64,000 nucleotides of DNA from an uncultured delta proteobacterium (GTDB taxonomy: Bacteria > Desulfobacterota > Binatia > UBA9968): contig CAVUZH010000014.1 of assembly GCA_963745835.1 (NCBI GenBank), forward strand, positions 544,001 to 608,000. Reading direction: 5' to 3'. Shown one piece after another: positions 1 to 10,038 of the stretch (position 1 is the first letter of the stretch; the number at the start of each line of letters is the position of its first letter). Under the pieces are notes generated by a model that was given only the letters and a program-made list of their open reading frames with translations, searched no databases and was not told where the DNA came from. The position numbers and the translations under genes are program-made.

Positions 1-23
1 GCGCAAAAACAGCCGCTTGCATG

Positions 24-563
24 CTATTCGTCGTCGTACTGGAGAATCGAAAATACATCATAGGGCCGCAACTTGTCCCGGCCCTTCAAAAAGGAAAGTT
101 CGATCACGAACGCGCACTCCACCACCTTAGCGCCGAGTCTCGAGACCAATTCGGCGGTCGCAGCAGCGGTTCCGCCAGTGGCAATCAAATCATCGGCAAT
201 CACCACGCGGGCGTTGGCCCGAATCGCATCGGTGTGGATCTCCAGGGAATCCGTGCCGTATTCCAAGTCATAACTAGTGCTATGAGTATCGTAAGGCAAC
301 TTTCCAGGTTTGCGAACGGCGCTAAATCCGGCATTCAATGTATAGGCAAGCGCCGCACCGACAATGAAACCTCGTGATTCAATCCCTAAAACCGTATCGA
401 TTCTCTGGTCGCGATAACGATCTGCTAAGATGTTGATGGTTTTGGCGAACAGCGGACCGTTACCAAGCAATGGCATGATATCCTTGAATAGAATCCCCGG
501 TTTTGGAAAATTGGGCACATCGCGGATTGCCTGGCGAATACGTTCGCTTTCGTTGTTGTTCAT
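24..563 (-). CDS. apt: adenine phosphoribosyltransferase
   Basis: IRDVPNFPKPGILFKDI, GIESRGF, RKPGKLP, PRPP motif VIADDLIATGGT; start placed at MNNNESE. Confidence 0.95.
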   Translation of the reverse strand: MNNNESERIRQAIRDVPNFPKPGILFKDIMPLLGNGPLFAKTINILADRYRDQRIDTVLGIESRGFIVGAALAYTLNAGFSAVRKPGKLPYDTHSTSYDLEYGTDSLEIHTDAIRANARVVIADDLIATGGTAAATAELVSRLGAKVVECAFVIELSFLKGRDKLRPYDVFSILQYDDE

Positions 564-667
564 GCGCGTTGAGCTCCCATTGTGGGGTGTAGCCGTCAAG
601 CCCCCTCACTGTAAATTGATGCAGAAATGGTGATTTTAGACGTGAGATCTATCTAGGCAGCAAATTA

Positions 668-1822
668 TCAGCCCCATATCTGTCGGCTGGTTTCCGCTAC
701 CATCGCCAGTTTTCGTTTCTGATCATCCTCGCTGATCAAATTGCCGACCACATCCGAGGAAAAACCACATTGCGGGCTAATGGCAATTTGTTCCAGAGGT
801 ACATACTGGCTTGCCTGATCAATGCGCTTTTTCAACTCTTCGATGGTTTCCAACTGCGGCACTTTTGTACTAACCAACCCTAAAACGATGATCTTCCCCT
901 TGGGCAGGAACCGTAGCGGCTCGAATCCTCCGGCTCTCGGCGTGTCATATTCAAATAAAAAGCGATCGTGCTTCAATTCATTGAGAACTCGTTCAGCAAT
1001 CTCATCATATGTGCCTTCCCGATGCCACATGCTGCGTTGATTGCCTCTGCAAAGATGAATTCCGAAAGTCACGTTATCGAAGCCATCGATGACTGCATTG
1101 TCAGCCTTCAATGAGCGATTAAAGTTCTCATCCGGATTTTCACCGCGCGCGCGCATTGCATCGAGGGACGGTTTGTCGACGTAGGCAGTATATCCGGGCG
1201 CATCGATTTGAATATAGCGGCAGCCGGCGGCGACCAATGCGCCGATCATTTCTCTCTCGACTTTCACGACGTCGGCCATGAATTCATCCATATTAGAATA
1301 GATCGCACTGGAGTTCTGCCAATCGAAGCGTTGCGAAATTCGATCAGGTCCGATCAGAGTCACCTTAGCCGCGCGTTGCGCAACCTGACTGACGAAGCGA
1401 TATTCTTCCAGCGGAGCGTTGCACGAAAGCCGAAGCTTTTCCACAACCGGGCGGCGCTGGGCCACAGCCGTAGACTTATGCTCGCCCTGGTCCGGTATTT
1501 CCCAACGCTGTAACGGGCTGCTTCCCTGGACACGGCTTTCGTAGAACTTCAGACTCGGCCGACCTGCGTCAAAACCGGCTACGGATTCGCCGAAGCTGTC
1601 TTGGAAGTTTAGGCGCCGGTATTCGCCGTCGGTGACGATCGCCAAGCCAGCTTCTTCCTGCAATCGCACGGCGCCGCGGATGCATTGATCTTCTATCGCC
1701 CGCAACTCAGTTGCGCTGAGCCTGCCCTCGTCATAGCTCACGCGAGCTTCTTTCAATTTCGCGGGTCTTAATAGGCTACCGACAACGTCGTTGCGGATAT
1801 CGGCTAACTCCTTCATTGACAT
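668..1822 (-). CDS. cobalamin-independent methionine synthase II family protein (Cys form)
   Basis: DVVGSLLRP, VTDGEYRR, IQIDAP, Zn ligands HLCRGN, FEYD, ISPQCGF; ATG overlaps the nlpD stop (TGATG). Confidence 0.9.
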   Translation of the reverse strand: MSMKELADIRNDVVGSLLRPAKLKEARVSYDEGRLSATELRAIEDQCIRGAVRLQEEAGLAIVTDGEYRRLNFQDSFGESVAGFDAGRPSLKFYESRVQGSSPLQRWEIPDQGEHKSTAVAQRRPVVEKLRLSCNAPLEEYRFVSQVAQRAAKVTLIGPDRISQRFDWQNSSAIYSNMDEFMADVVKVEREMIGALVAAGCRYIQIDAPGYTAYVDKPSLDAMRARGENPDENFNRSLKADNAVIDGFDNVTFGIHLCRGNQRSMWHREGTYDEIAERVLNELKHDRFLFEYDTPRAGGFEPLRFLPKGKIIVLGLVSTKVPQLETIEELKKRIDQASQYVPLEQIAISPQCGFSSDVVGNLISEDDQKRKLAMVAETSRQIWG

Positions 1823-2619
1823 CACTCCGTAATTAACTTTTCCGCCTCTACGATATCGGACGACTCGCGGCAGCACAACTGAGGAAGATAGAGGAGCGGA
1901 TCTTGCGCCACGTTGTTTTTGCGGATCTCAAGATGCAGATGAGGTCCCGTCACTCTTCCGGTGCTACCTACTTTAGCAATAGTATCGCCTTGGGCAACAA
2001 ACTGTCCTGCGGCCACAAGATTTACCTGGTTATGCGCATAGACCGAAACCAGGCCGCCGGCGTGCCGTAGAATCACTAGGTTACCATAGCCCCGCAGTTG
2101 ATCACTGTATATCACCTCCCCCTTCTCGATCGCCCTGATGGGCGTTCCTTCCTGGGCGGAGATATCGATACCGTCGTGGAAACTGGCGCCACGCCGGCCA
2201 AAACGGGAATTGATGCCTCCCTCGATGGGCCAAATAATGGCATTGTCCGGGAGATCGCTAAATTTGGGAACCGATGGAATAGTCACATTCGAATCGGTCG
2301 GGGTAATCATCTCCACCGGCAACTGGCGAGCCGCGCCCGGTATAAGTAGTTTTTGCCCGACATGAATTTGGTTTGGGTCTCTAAGTCGATTCACACGCGC
2401 CAGCTCCGCGTAATTCAGATCATACGCCCTGCCGATGCGATATAAAGTTTCACCCGGCTTTACAACATGATAGATGCCTCCCTTAGCAGGCGGCGGCGCT
2501 GGCGCCTGTGTCGCGCAGCTGGCGATGTGCCAGAACAACATCAAGCCTAAGAGCCGGTAAGGACACCGGGAGGCTAGTCTTGCCAACCGAATTTTCCCCA
2601 GAGTTTGACGAATCGGCAT
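1822..2619 (-). CDS. nlpD: LysM + M23 peptidase lipoprotein (NlpD-like)
   Basis: LysM (YHVVKPGETLYRIGRAY), M23 motifs HDGIDI, YAHN, GPHLHLEIR; lipobox-like IASC; follows pcm. Confidence 0.85.
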   Translation of the reverse strand: MPIRQTLGKIRLARLASRCPYRLLGLMLFWHIASCATQAPAPPPAKGGIYHVVKPGETLYRIGRAYDLNYAELARVNRLRDPNQIHVGQKLLIPGAARQLPVEMITPTDSNVTIPSVPKFSDLPDNAIIWPIEGGINSRFGRRGASFHDGIDISAQEGTPIRAIEKGEVIYSDQLRGYGNLVILRHAGGLVSVYAHNQVNLVAAGQFVAQGDTIAKVGSTGRVTGPHLHLEIRKNNVAQDPLLYLPQLCCRESSDIVEAEKLITE

Positions 2620-3296
2620 TCGCCAAGATCTGCCTGATGAAAACCGGACGGCTCACGTTGAACCAGCTTCAACACCTGAGATTCATCATCCCCCACAGGT
2701 ATAATGAGCTTACCCCCTACCGAAAGCTGCTCGATCAAAGGCCGGGGTAAATCGGGAGCACTGGCAGCAACGATGATCGCATCGTATGGGGAGTGCTCCG
2801 ACCATCCTACTGTTCCGTCTCCTACGTGTAGCGCGATGTTGTGAAATCCAAGCCCATCTAAAAGCTCCCTTGCCTTGCGCGAGAGAGCGCGGATTTTTTC
2901 CACCGAAAAGACGTTAAAGCAAAGCTCGGCAAGCAGAGCTGTTTGGTAACCTGATCCGGTGCCGATTTCCAGGACTTTTTCTTTACCGCTCAGGCCAAGC
3001 GCTTCGGTCATTCTTGCAGCCATGTAGGGTTGAGAAAGCGTCTGCTTCTGCCCGATCGGCAAGGCGCTGTCATCATACGCCCGGTTGATCAGTCCGGAGT
3101 CGATAAAAAGATGTCTTGGAATGCGCCGCATGGCGGCGATAACACGGCGGTCCTGAATTCCACGGGCGATAAGTTGATCTTGAACCATTCTTTCTCTGGC
3201 CCAAGCGTAATCTGGAGGTTTCGTGTCGGTAAGCTTCACGCTAATGATGGGTGACGCAATCGGCGGCTTGAGCGACCGTGATCGCTGGTCAAGCAT
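2574..3296 (-). CDS. pcm: protein-L-isoaspartate O-methyltransferase
   Basis: RERMVQDQL, IPRHLFI, VLEIGTGSGYQTALL, PYDAIIV; start uncertain. Confidence 0.93.
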   Translation of the reverse strand: MLDQRSRSLKPPIASPIISVKLTDTKPPDYAWARERMVQDQLIARGIQDRRVIAAMRRIPRHLFIDSGLINRAYDDSALPIGQKQTLSQPYMAARMTEALGLSGKEKVLEIGTGSGYQTALLAELCFNVFSVEKIRALSRKARELLDGLGFHNIALHVGDGTVGWSEHSPYDAIIVAASAPDLPRPLIEQLSVGGKLIIPVGDDESQVLKLVQREPSGFHQADLGECRFVKLWGKFGWQD

Positions 3297-3507
3297 TTTA
3301 CTTGCAGATGGCAAAATGGGTCGATACCCAAAACTCGGTTGCAAAGTGTTGCTGAATTATCGGCCGATACCCGGTGATATTTTTATCATAGCGTGAAAAG
3401 GTTTTCTATCAGTGACTAGCGAGAATCAATCGTATTGATGCGGCGATCTTTATACTGCGCAACTAACCAAGAAAGAAGGCCAAAAAGTTTTCCTAACGAC
3501 AAATGCG

Positions 3508-4428
3508 TTATCCTCCGGCGTCGGCCGAGAGGATAAAGATTCTATCCTGCGGGTGAATCTTGGTGTTAGGATCGCGCACGAAATTTGTGCCGTTGATGTT
3601 GCAAGCGAAGCCGGCAAGCAAATCGGTCCCGTCCGTATTGATGACACGGCCAACCAACATCGGTAGTCTCTGCGCAACAGCCGAAAGCACATGAGTGAGA
3701 GTGCCGTCTCCGGGTAACAAAAGAGAAATTACTTTGGTCTTCGCAAGCAAGCGGGCAACGCCGAACAATTCAACAGTGCAACTAAGCGGCGTGTCTTCGG
3801 TGCACTCGCTAAAGTTCGCGCGCTGCTGCCAGAGCATTAAAGCCCGCGCATAATCGTCCGGCGCGTTCATGTTTAAGAAACTCAGCCCTTCCGGGTCGAA
3901 GCGGCGGAGTTCCTCCTCACCGACTTTGCGCGTCCGCACTTTATCGTAAAGAAATATCGGCCTAAGCTCGCCGCGTTCGAGTTGCTCTTCCAGCAGCGGC
4001 ACTACGCTCCTTCGGTAAACCGCGTGAAGAGGCTGAAAACGATCCTGCCAGTAGGGAACGACCACATCGTGATTCGAGATTTGCGAGGTCAAAAACGAGA
4101 TGAGTGGAAGATTTAGAAATGGCGCATCGCACGAAGTAACAAACGCCCCCGTTCCGCTCGTAGCCTTCAATCCATAATAAATGCCGCCTACGGGGCCTTG
4201 GTAAGCTACCTCATCACGAACCACCGTTGCCGCCAAGGGCGGCAGCTCTTGGTCCGGCGCCGCCACCACAACGATCCGCTTGAATTTCTGCTCGAGCCTG
4301 CGCACAAGATGGTCTATCAAAGGTTCGTTGCCAAACGGCAGCAAGGCTTTAGGACGACCCATGCGCGAGCTCTTGCCGCCGGTCAAGATGACGGCCGAGA
4401 AATCCTCCACAGTTTGGTCAAGGACCAA
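3508..4428 (-). CDS. mobA: molybdenum cofactor guanylyltransferase MobA fused to a C-terminal MoaD/ThiS-like sulfur-carrier domain
   Basis: ILTGGKSSRMGRPKALL, GPVGGI, CDAPF, QPLHAVY, FLNMNAPDDY; C-terminal ~95 aa VELFGVAR...FILSADAGG ending Gly-Gly. Confidence 0.85.
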   Translation of the reverse strand: MVLDQTVEDFSAVILTGGKSSRMGRPKALLPFGNEPLIDHLVRRLEQKFKRIVVVAAPDQELPPLAATVVRDEVAYQGPVGGIYYGLKATSGTGAFVTSCDAPFLNLPLISFLTSQISNHDVVVPYWQDRFQPLHAVYRRSVVPLLEEQLERGELRPIFLYDKVRTRKVGEEELRRFDPEGLSFLNMNAPDDYARALMLWQQRANFSECTEDTPLSCTVELFGVARLLAKTKVISLLLPGDGTLTHVLSAVAQRLPMLVGRVINTDGTDLLAGFACNINGTNFVRDPNTKIHPQDRIFILSADAGG

Positions 4429-4605
4429 GTGCTAGCCTCCGATGCGCTTCTTATGACGGATGTCTCACGAGCGCAGCCGATCGATTGTTCTTACAACAAT
4501 GGCTCAACGTTTTGAATGAGGCAACCAGACTGGTGATATTAAACACGTAAAGCAGAATTACTGAAGCAGGCACGGCAGACTCGCAGGATGGAGTTCGGCG
4601 GACAG

Positions 4606-4767
4606 TCAGTTCCAGGTAACGTCATTGTGAGTTAAAGACTCGTTTCCGATTTCATCGAACTCCAGAATCGGATCGCACCAACATAATTCCGAGTCGATAT
4701 GAGCTAACTGTTTATAATTCGGAGCTTGGGAACTATCTGGAGAAATCAGATGTTGTTTCGGAATCAT
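4606..4767 (-). CDS. small hypothetical protein with H-x5-C-W-C-D-P motif
   Basis: 53 aa; GGAGG RBS before ATG; sigma-54-type promoter just upstream. Confidence 0.6.
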   Translation of the reverse strand: MIPKQHLISPDSSQAPNYKQLAHIDSELCWCDPILEFDEIGNESLTHNDVTWN

Positions 4768-4798
4768 AGCAGTTCCTCCGACATGCAACACATAAGGC

Positions 4799-4814
4799 AG
4801 CAAACAGTGTGCCG
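4799..4814 (-). promoter_or_regulatory. sigma-54 (-24/-12) promoter
   Basis: minus strand CGGCACACTGTTTGCT = GG-N10-GC, close to TGGCAC-N5-TTGC consensus. Confidence 0.6.
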
Positions 4815-5122
4815 GAGCAGGTATTCAACTCAGTAATGATTGCAGAATGGGGATGCCCAAGTAAAATCGTTAAGCGATAGTCGTAGCCCTCTGAGTGATT
4901 TTGATTCAAAAACGCTCCATAAGCCGAGTACGATCGCAACTATGTGTCGAAAGAGGGACTGTTTAAGCGACGACAAGAGAAGCTCACATTGCCGGACACT
5001 GAAGGCGATCCGCAAACTAGATGCAATTCCAAATTGGCTAACAACTAAATGTCAGGCGACCAGAAGCGGTGATAATCAAGGATGATCATCAGAAGTTTTC
5101 CCGGCGGCGATGAAGACAGGAA

Positions 5123-5199
5123 TGGTCGGGGCGACCGGATTTGAACCGGTGACCACACGCACCCCAAGCGTGTGCGCTACCAGGCTGCGCTACGCCCCG
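5123..5199 (-). tRNA. tRNA-Pro(GGG)
   Basis: CGGGGCGTAGCGCAGCCTGGTAGCG...; anticodon arm CACGC-TTGGGGT-GCGTG; T arm GGTTCAAATCC; encoded CCA. Confidence 0.97.
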
Positions 5200-5489
5200 A
5201 CAACATGTTTAGATAAGGCGTGACTTTAACACCCGATATTCGCCAAAGCAATTTAGTGGCATACGATCCGTTAAAATCTTATGAGATTTAGTCTACAAAC
5301 AAATAGAGTGGAACAACGCTCATGGCGCGAAAAAAACATATGTAACTTCTACGTTGAGCCTGCAGATAGTCAACGTCTAAGTTGAAAGGCGTCCGCGGCG
5401 AGCTATCTGAACGTGCGGCTGCCAATTTGCACAACCGTTCTACGAACCGGATGTCCGGCCACTTGCCGGACCGTGAATTTAGATTTGCC

Positions 5490-5843
5490 TCAGGAAAGTA
5501 AACGTCGAAGCGACTCGAGATCTTTCTTGATCTTTGCTAGAGCGGTTTTGTACTTCTGATCGGATAGCGGAAGCTTCAGCTGGTCTTTTTCTTCTTTTTT
5601 GACTTCTTTCAGCTTCTTACGGGCGCCTTCAATTGTAAAGCCTTCGGTATAAAGGAGGCGCTTAATGTTTAACAGAAGCTCGACATCTTTCTTCTTGTAG
5701 AGACGATGGCGCGAAGGCGCCTTGGAAGGCTTGAGCAGGTCGAATTCAGTCTCCCAGTAACGCAATACGTAAGGCTCGACACCGACAATCTCGCTGACTT
5801 CGCCGATCTTGAAATAGATCTTGTCCGGCAATGATGTGGTCAT
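5490..5843 (-). CDS. MerR-family transcriptional regulator
   Basis: [27 protein letters not shown]; usual position after ihfA. Confidence 0.9.
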   Translation of the reverse strand: MTTSLPDKIYFKIGEVSEIVGVEPYVLRYWETEFDLLKPSKAPSRHRLYKKKDVELLLNIKRLLYTEGFTIEGARKKLKEVKKEEKDQLKLPLSDQKYKTALAKIKKDLESLRRLLS

Positions 5844-6167
5844 CTATTCGGCTTCGGCTGGTGACGATTCCGGCGGCGATGACATGCCATTGAGGCTCTT
5901 CTTCAGAATCTGACTGGCTTTAAATGTGAGGACTTTGCGTCCGACAATGATAATTTCATCGCCGGTTTGCGGATTTCTACCCTTGCGGGGCCGCTTCGTG
6001 TTCACAACGAAATTGCCGAACCCGGAAATCTTAACTTTTTCACCCTGCTCGAGACAACCTTTGATTATGTCGAAAGTGGCCTCAACAACATCGGTGGCGT
6101 CCTTTTTTGAGAATCCGACTTTCTCATAGATTCGCGTAATGATCTCCGCCTTCGTCATTGCAGCCAT
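5844..6167 (-). CDS. ihfA: integration host factor alpha
   Basis: MTKAEI, VKISGFGNF, RKGRNPQTG; directly after pheT. Confidence 0.92.
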   Translation of the reverse strand: MAAMTKAEIITRIYEKVGFSKKDATDVVEATFDIIKGCLEQGEKVKISGFGNFVVNTKRPRKGRNPQTGDEIIIVGRKVLTFKASQILKKSLNGMSSPPESSPAEAE

Positions 6168-6188
6168 TCCTTTCCCTCGCAGTTCGGT

Positions 6189-8276
6189 TTAGCTTCGCCT
6201 TTGCGCTCGAAAAAGCTTGCCGATGTGATCAAGCACTTGTTGATGCATTGTATTAACCTCGCTGTCCGTCAAAGTCCGATCGTCGGCGCGATAGAAAATT
6301 TTGTACGCCAAACTCTTCTTGCCATGAGGAATCGAATCGCCCCGATACTCGTCAAAGATTTCTATTCCTTTAATAAGATTCTGGCCAAGTTCTTTTACAC
6401 ACGTGATGATCTGCTGAGACGGAATAGCCTGATCCACAACTACTGCAAAATCACGCTCAATCGCCGGATAACGCGGCAGGGAACTAGCCCTTATTTGCCG
6501 CGGAGAATACTGAAGCAACTTTTCAAAGTCAAGTTCGAATGCGATCATCGGCGACAGGCCGAATCGATCGTTAACATCCGGATGACTCTCCCCCATATAG
6601 CCTATCTTCTCATCATCGCGCAGCAGTTCTGCGCTACGTCCAGGATGAAGAACGGGGACGTTCCCGCGCGACCAAGCGATTGATTCTCGTAAATGGAATA
6701 GATCGAGAATCCCTTCAATGATTCCTTTACAATCAAGAAACGTAACCGGTCCGGGTGTATCAGAGGAGCGCAATCCTTTGCGCGTACGCGAACCGTAAAG
6801 CAGCCCCCCCAAACATTGCTTCTCTTCAATTTCCCCGTTTGGCCGCAAACGAAAGACCTTCCCGAGATGGTAGGCAAAAAACCCATCGGTCTTTTGCGTG
6901 AGATTGAGACGCAAGTTCTCGATCAACCCCGGCAGCAAGCTGAGGCGCATCTCGCCGCTTTCGTTGACGAGCGGATTCAAAACCGCAACCGGAGAGGTCG
7001 GACCGCTCCATAGGCCTGAAAATGTTTGATTGAGTGCCGCATTTGTAAACGGAAGATTAATTACTTCGACCAACCCTTCACCCGTCAAAAATGAGCGGAG
7101 TCTCCGTTCCCACATTAACTGATAATCAGTCGTGTCTACCGTTGAACGCAAAAAAGGCAATGTCGTGGGAATCTTCTGGTAGCCAAAAAGGCGAGCTACC
7201 TCCTCGATTAAATCGGCCTCTCGGGTCAGATCGCAGCGGCTCGTCGGCGGCACAACCACCCAAGAGCCCTCACCTGCGTCTTTCTTTATTTTGAGACCGA
7301 GAGCCGCCAGAATCCTTTCGGCCTCGACGGGCGCGATTTCAACTCCGAGTAATTTTTCGATGCGGTCTTGGCGAAGTAAAATGGACGGAGGTTGCGGCGG
7401 CTGCGGGTAGCTGTCCAGAACCCCGGACGAAACCGAACCGCCGGCATGCTCGGAGATGAGTTGAGCTGCCCGATTAGCAGCCGAGACCGTCCCAGCTGGA
7501 TCTACACCGCGCTCAAATCGATGCGATGCTTCACTATGCAATCCCAACCGTTTGGCCGTGCGCCGAATGGTAGTAGGATCAAAATGGGCGCTCTCCAAAA
7601 GTACCCGACGCGTTGCAGGCGTAACTTCGGAATTCTGGCCGCCCATGATGCCGGCCAAAGCGATCGGAGTGTTTCCGTCACAGATCAAAAGATCGCCGTC
7701 AATGAGTTCTCTCTTCACCCCATCCAGTGCGACGAACTCTCTTTCGCCGCTGGACTGCCGGATCACTATCTGACCGCTGGTCACTCGGTCAAGATCGAAA
7801 GCATGTAATGGTTGACCGGTTTCGACCATCACGTAATTTGTCACATCCACCACGTTATTCACGGAGCGAAAACCGCAGGCTTCGAGACGATACTGGATCC
7901 ACTTTGGACTTTGACCAATGCCGACCTTTTCAACCACCATGGCAGAGTAGCGCGAGCAGAGTTCCGGATTAACGATTTCAATCCCAACCGCCCCCAGGCA
8001 CTGCGTGACTTTGGCTGGCGCATCACTCGGGCTATACTTCAGCCGCTTGCCCGTGAGCGCGGCGAGTTCGCGCGCCACACCCAGGACGCTAAGACAGTCG
8101 CCGCGATTGGGTGTAACGCTGATTTCAAAGACCCAGTCGTCTTCATCGGCCTCCGAGCCACTTAGCGGAATGAGCGATTCGACTTCAAGTCCTGCCATCG
8201 TCAGCAATGCGGAAAGTTCCTCGGGAGCAGCATCTATCTCGACCAACTCCTTCAACCATGTAAAAGTGAATTTCAT
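6189..8276 (-). CDS. pheT: phenylalanyl-tRNA synthetase beta subunit (short form)
   Basis: TPNRGDCLS, NNVVDVTNYV, RFERGVD, DLIEEVARLFGY, C-terminal anticodon-binding domain (GKKSLA, RTLTD). Confidence 0.95.
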   Translation of the reverse strand: MKFTFTWLKELVEIDAAPEELSALLTMAGLEVESLIPLSGSEADEDDWVFEISVTPNRGDCLSVLGVARELAALTGKRLKYSPSDAPAKVTQCLGAVGIEIVNPELCSRYSAMVVEKVGIGQSPKWIQYRLEACGFRSVNNVVDVTNYVMVETGQPLHAFDLDRVTSGQIVIRQSSGEREFVALDGVKRELIDGDLLICDGNTPIALAGIMGGQNSEVTPATRRVLLESAHFDPTTIRRTAKRLGLHSEASHRFERGVDPAGTVSAANRAAQLISEHAGGSVSSGVLDSYPQPPQPPSILLRQDRIEKLLGVEIAPVEAERILAALGLKIKKDAGEGSWVVVPPTSRCDLTREADLIEEVARLFGYQKIPTTLPFLRSTVDTTDYQLMWERRLRSFLTGEGLVEVINLPFTNAALNQTFSGLWSGPTSPVAVLNPLVNESGEMRLSLLPGLIENLRLNLTQKTDGFFAYHLGKVFRLRPNGEIEEKQCLGGLLYGSRTRKGLRSSDTPGPVTFLDCKGIIEGILDLFHLRESIAWSRGNVPVLHPGRSAELLRDDEKIGYMGESHPDVNDRFGLSPMIAFELDFEKLLQYSPRQIRASSLPRYPAIERDFAVVVDQAIPSQQIITCVKELGQNLIKGIEIFDEYRGDSIPHGKKSLAYKIFYRADDRTLTDSEVNTMHQQVLDHIGKLFRAQRRS

Positions 8277-8356
8277 GAAAATAGCATGCGAGCTTACGGA
8301 GGAACCAGAATCTCCGGCTCAACTTCGTCAATGCGCAACCATCATTTAAAGGTTCT

Positions 8357-9397
8357 TTAGCCAAATTGCCTAAGGAAGCGCAAATCGTTCTGGAAGAATA
8401 AACGAATATCATCGATGCCGTACTTGAGCATGGCGATACGTTCTACCCCCATGCCGAAAGCGAACCCCGATACTCGCTCCGGATCGTAGCCGACGAACTT
8501 AAAAACCTCTGGGTCGATCATACCGGCGCCGAGAATTTCCAGCCAGCCACTGCCTTTGCAAACTCGGCAGTAGCGCTGCTGAATCGCTTGTCCGTCGCCG
8601 CCGCAAATCACGCATTGAATATCGATCTCAGCGCTGGGCTCTGTGAACGGGAAGAAACTCGGGCGAAATCGCACGCCGGCTTTCTCGCTAAACATCCGCT
8701 GCAGAAAATGCGTCAGCACCCCTTTGAGATCCGAGAACGCGAGGTTGCCATCCACCATAAAACCCTCCACCTGGTGGAACATCGGCGAATGAGTAGCGTC
8801 ATCATCGTGGCGATAAACCGCACCCGGGACGATCACCTGTAAGGGTGGTTTCCGGCTCTCCATGGTGCGAATCTGCACCGGTGAGGTGTGGGTCCTTAGC
8901 AATCGTCCGTCAGAAACAAAAAAAGTATCCTGCATATCTCGCGCAGGATGATCTTTGGGAATATTCAGAGCTTCGAAATTGTGATAGTCGTCTTCGATAT
9001 CAGGACCACGGGCAATCTCAAATCCCATTCCCCGAAAGATGTCGATGATTTCATCGATTACTAACGTCAGGGGATGGATGTGACCCGATTCCCAGCGGAT
9101 TCCCGGAAGCGTTACATCGATAAACTCTTCCCTTAGTGCTTTTTCTTTCTGCCGGGCCTTGACGCTCTGAAGCCGGTCCTGAAGTCGGCTTTCAAGTAAT
9201 TGCCTCAATGCGTTCAGCTGCTCGCCGGCTCGCGGCCTTTCATCCGATGGAAGATCCTTAAGCCCCCGCAAAAGAAGCGTGAGTCTTCCCTTGCGCCCTA
9301 GAGCCTCAACCCGGATCTGTTCAATCTCCGCTTCACTGCCGGACTGCTCTATATGCGCCAGCATCTCTTCACGAAGAGAATCTAAAGAATCGATCAT
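8357..9397 (-). CDS. pheS: phenylalanyl-tRNA synthetase alpha subunit
   Basis: HPARDMQDTF, LRTHTSPVQ, FRPSFFPFTEPS, GFAFGMGVER; CxxC...CxxC insert. Confidence 0.97.
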   Translation of the reverse strand: MIDSLDSLREEMLAHIEQSGSEAEIEQIRVEALGRKGRLTLLLRGLKDLPSDERPRAGEQLNALRQLLESRLQDRLQSVKARQKEKALREEFIDVTLPGIRWESGHIHPLTLVIDEIIDIFRGMGFEIARGPDIEDDYHNFEALNIPKDHPARDMQDTFFVSDGRLLRTHTSPVQIRTMESRKPPLQVIVPGAVYRHDDDATHSPMFHQVEGFMVDGNLAFSDLKGVLTHFLQRMFSEKAGVRFRPSFFPFTEPSAEIDIQCVICGGDGQAIQQRYCRVCKGSGWLEILGAGMIDPEVFKFVGYDPERVSGFAFGMGVERIAMLKYGIDDIRLFFQNDLRFLRQFG

Positions 9398-9412
9398 CAG
9401 AAAGAATCGACG

Positions 9413-9772
9413 TTAGGCATCGAGGCTGGATTTGGCTCGCTGGGCCAGCTGACTGAATCCGTCCATATCGGCAACCGCGATTTCGGCCAGGACTTTTCTG
9501 TCGATCTCGACTCTGGCCTGTTTCAAACCTTTGATCAACTGACTGTACGAAAGCCCATTAAGTTTTGCAGCCGCTCCGATGCGAGTAATCCACAGACCGC
9601 GAAAAGTCCTTTTCTTTACCCGACGATCTCGATAAGCGAATGCTAAAGCTCTCTCGACTGTTTCGCGCGCAGACCGGTATAGTCGGCCCCGCCCCCCAAC
9701 ATAACCCTTGGCCATTTTCATGACCTTTTTTCTTCTCTGCCGGGTTTTACTCCCGCCTTTAGCTCGTGGCAA
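9413..9772 (-). CDS. rplT: 50S ribosomal protein L20
   Basis: MPRAKGG, AYRDRRVKKRTFRGLWITRI. Confidence 0.97.
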   Translation of the reverse strand: MPRAKGGSKTRQRRKKVMKMAKGYVGGRGRLYRSARETVERALAFAYRDRRVKKRTFRGLWITRIGAAAKLNGLSYSQLIKGLKQARVEIDRKVLAEIAVADMDGFSQLAQRAKSSLDA

Positions 9773-9809
9773 TGCTAGCTCCCTTCTATTATTGTGGAAT
9801 GAAGACTAT

Positions 9810-10007
9810 CTATTTGTACGGGATCAACTCCCGGATGTTTCTCTGTTCAGCTGCCGAAACCATCGTGCCGCTGCGCAGTTGCCGCTTGCGTTTCTTGCCC
9901 TTTGAAGAAAGCAAGTGTCTCTTGAAACCTTTATTGCGTTTGATCTTTCCGCTGGCCGTAACTCGAAACCTCTTGGCCGCGGCCCTGTTAGTCTTGATTT
10001 TAGGCAC
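9810..10007 (-). CDS. rpmI: 50S ribosomal protein L35
   Basis: [23 protein letters not shown]. Confidence 0.97.
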   Translation of the reverse strand: MPKIKTNRAAAKRFRVTASGKIKRNKGFKRHLLSSKGKKRKRQLRSGTMVSAAEQRNIRELIPYK

Positions 10008-10038
10008 ATCAATCTCCTCTTCAGTTTAGTTACGATAT

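Noticed and set aside
4430-5199. Prophage or island integrated at tRNA-Pro
   Set aside because: No integrase and no duplicated tRNA 3' end seen; only a small gene lies there.
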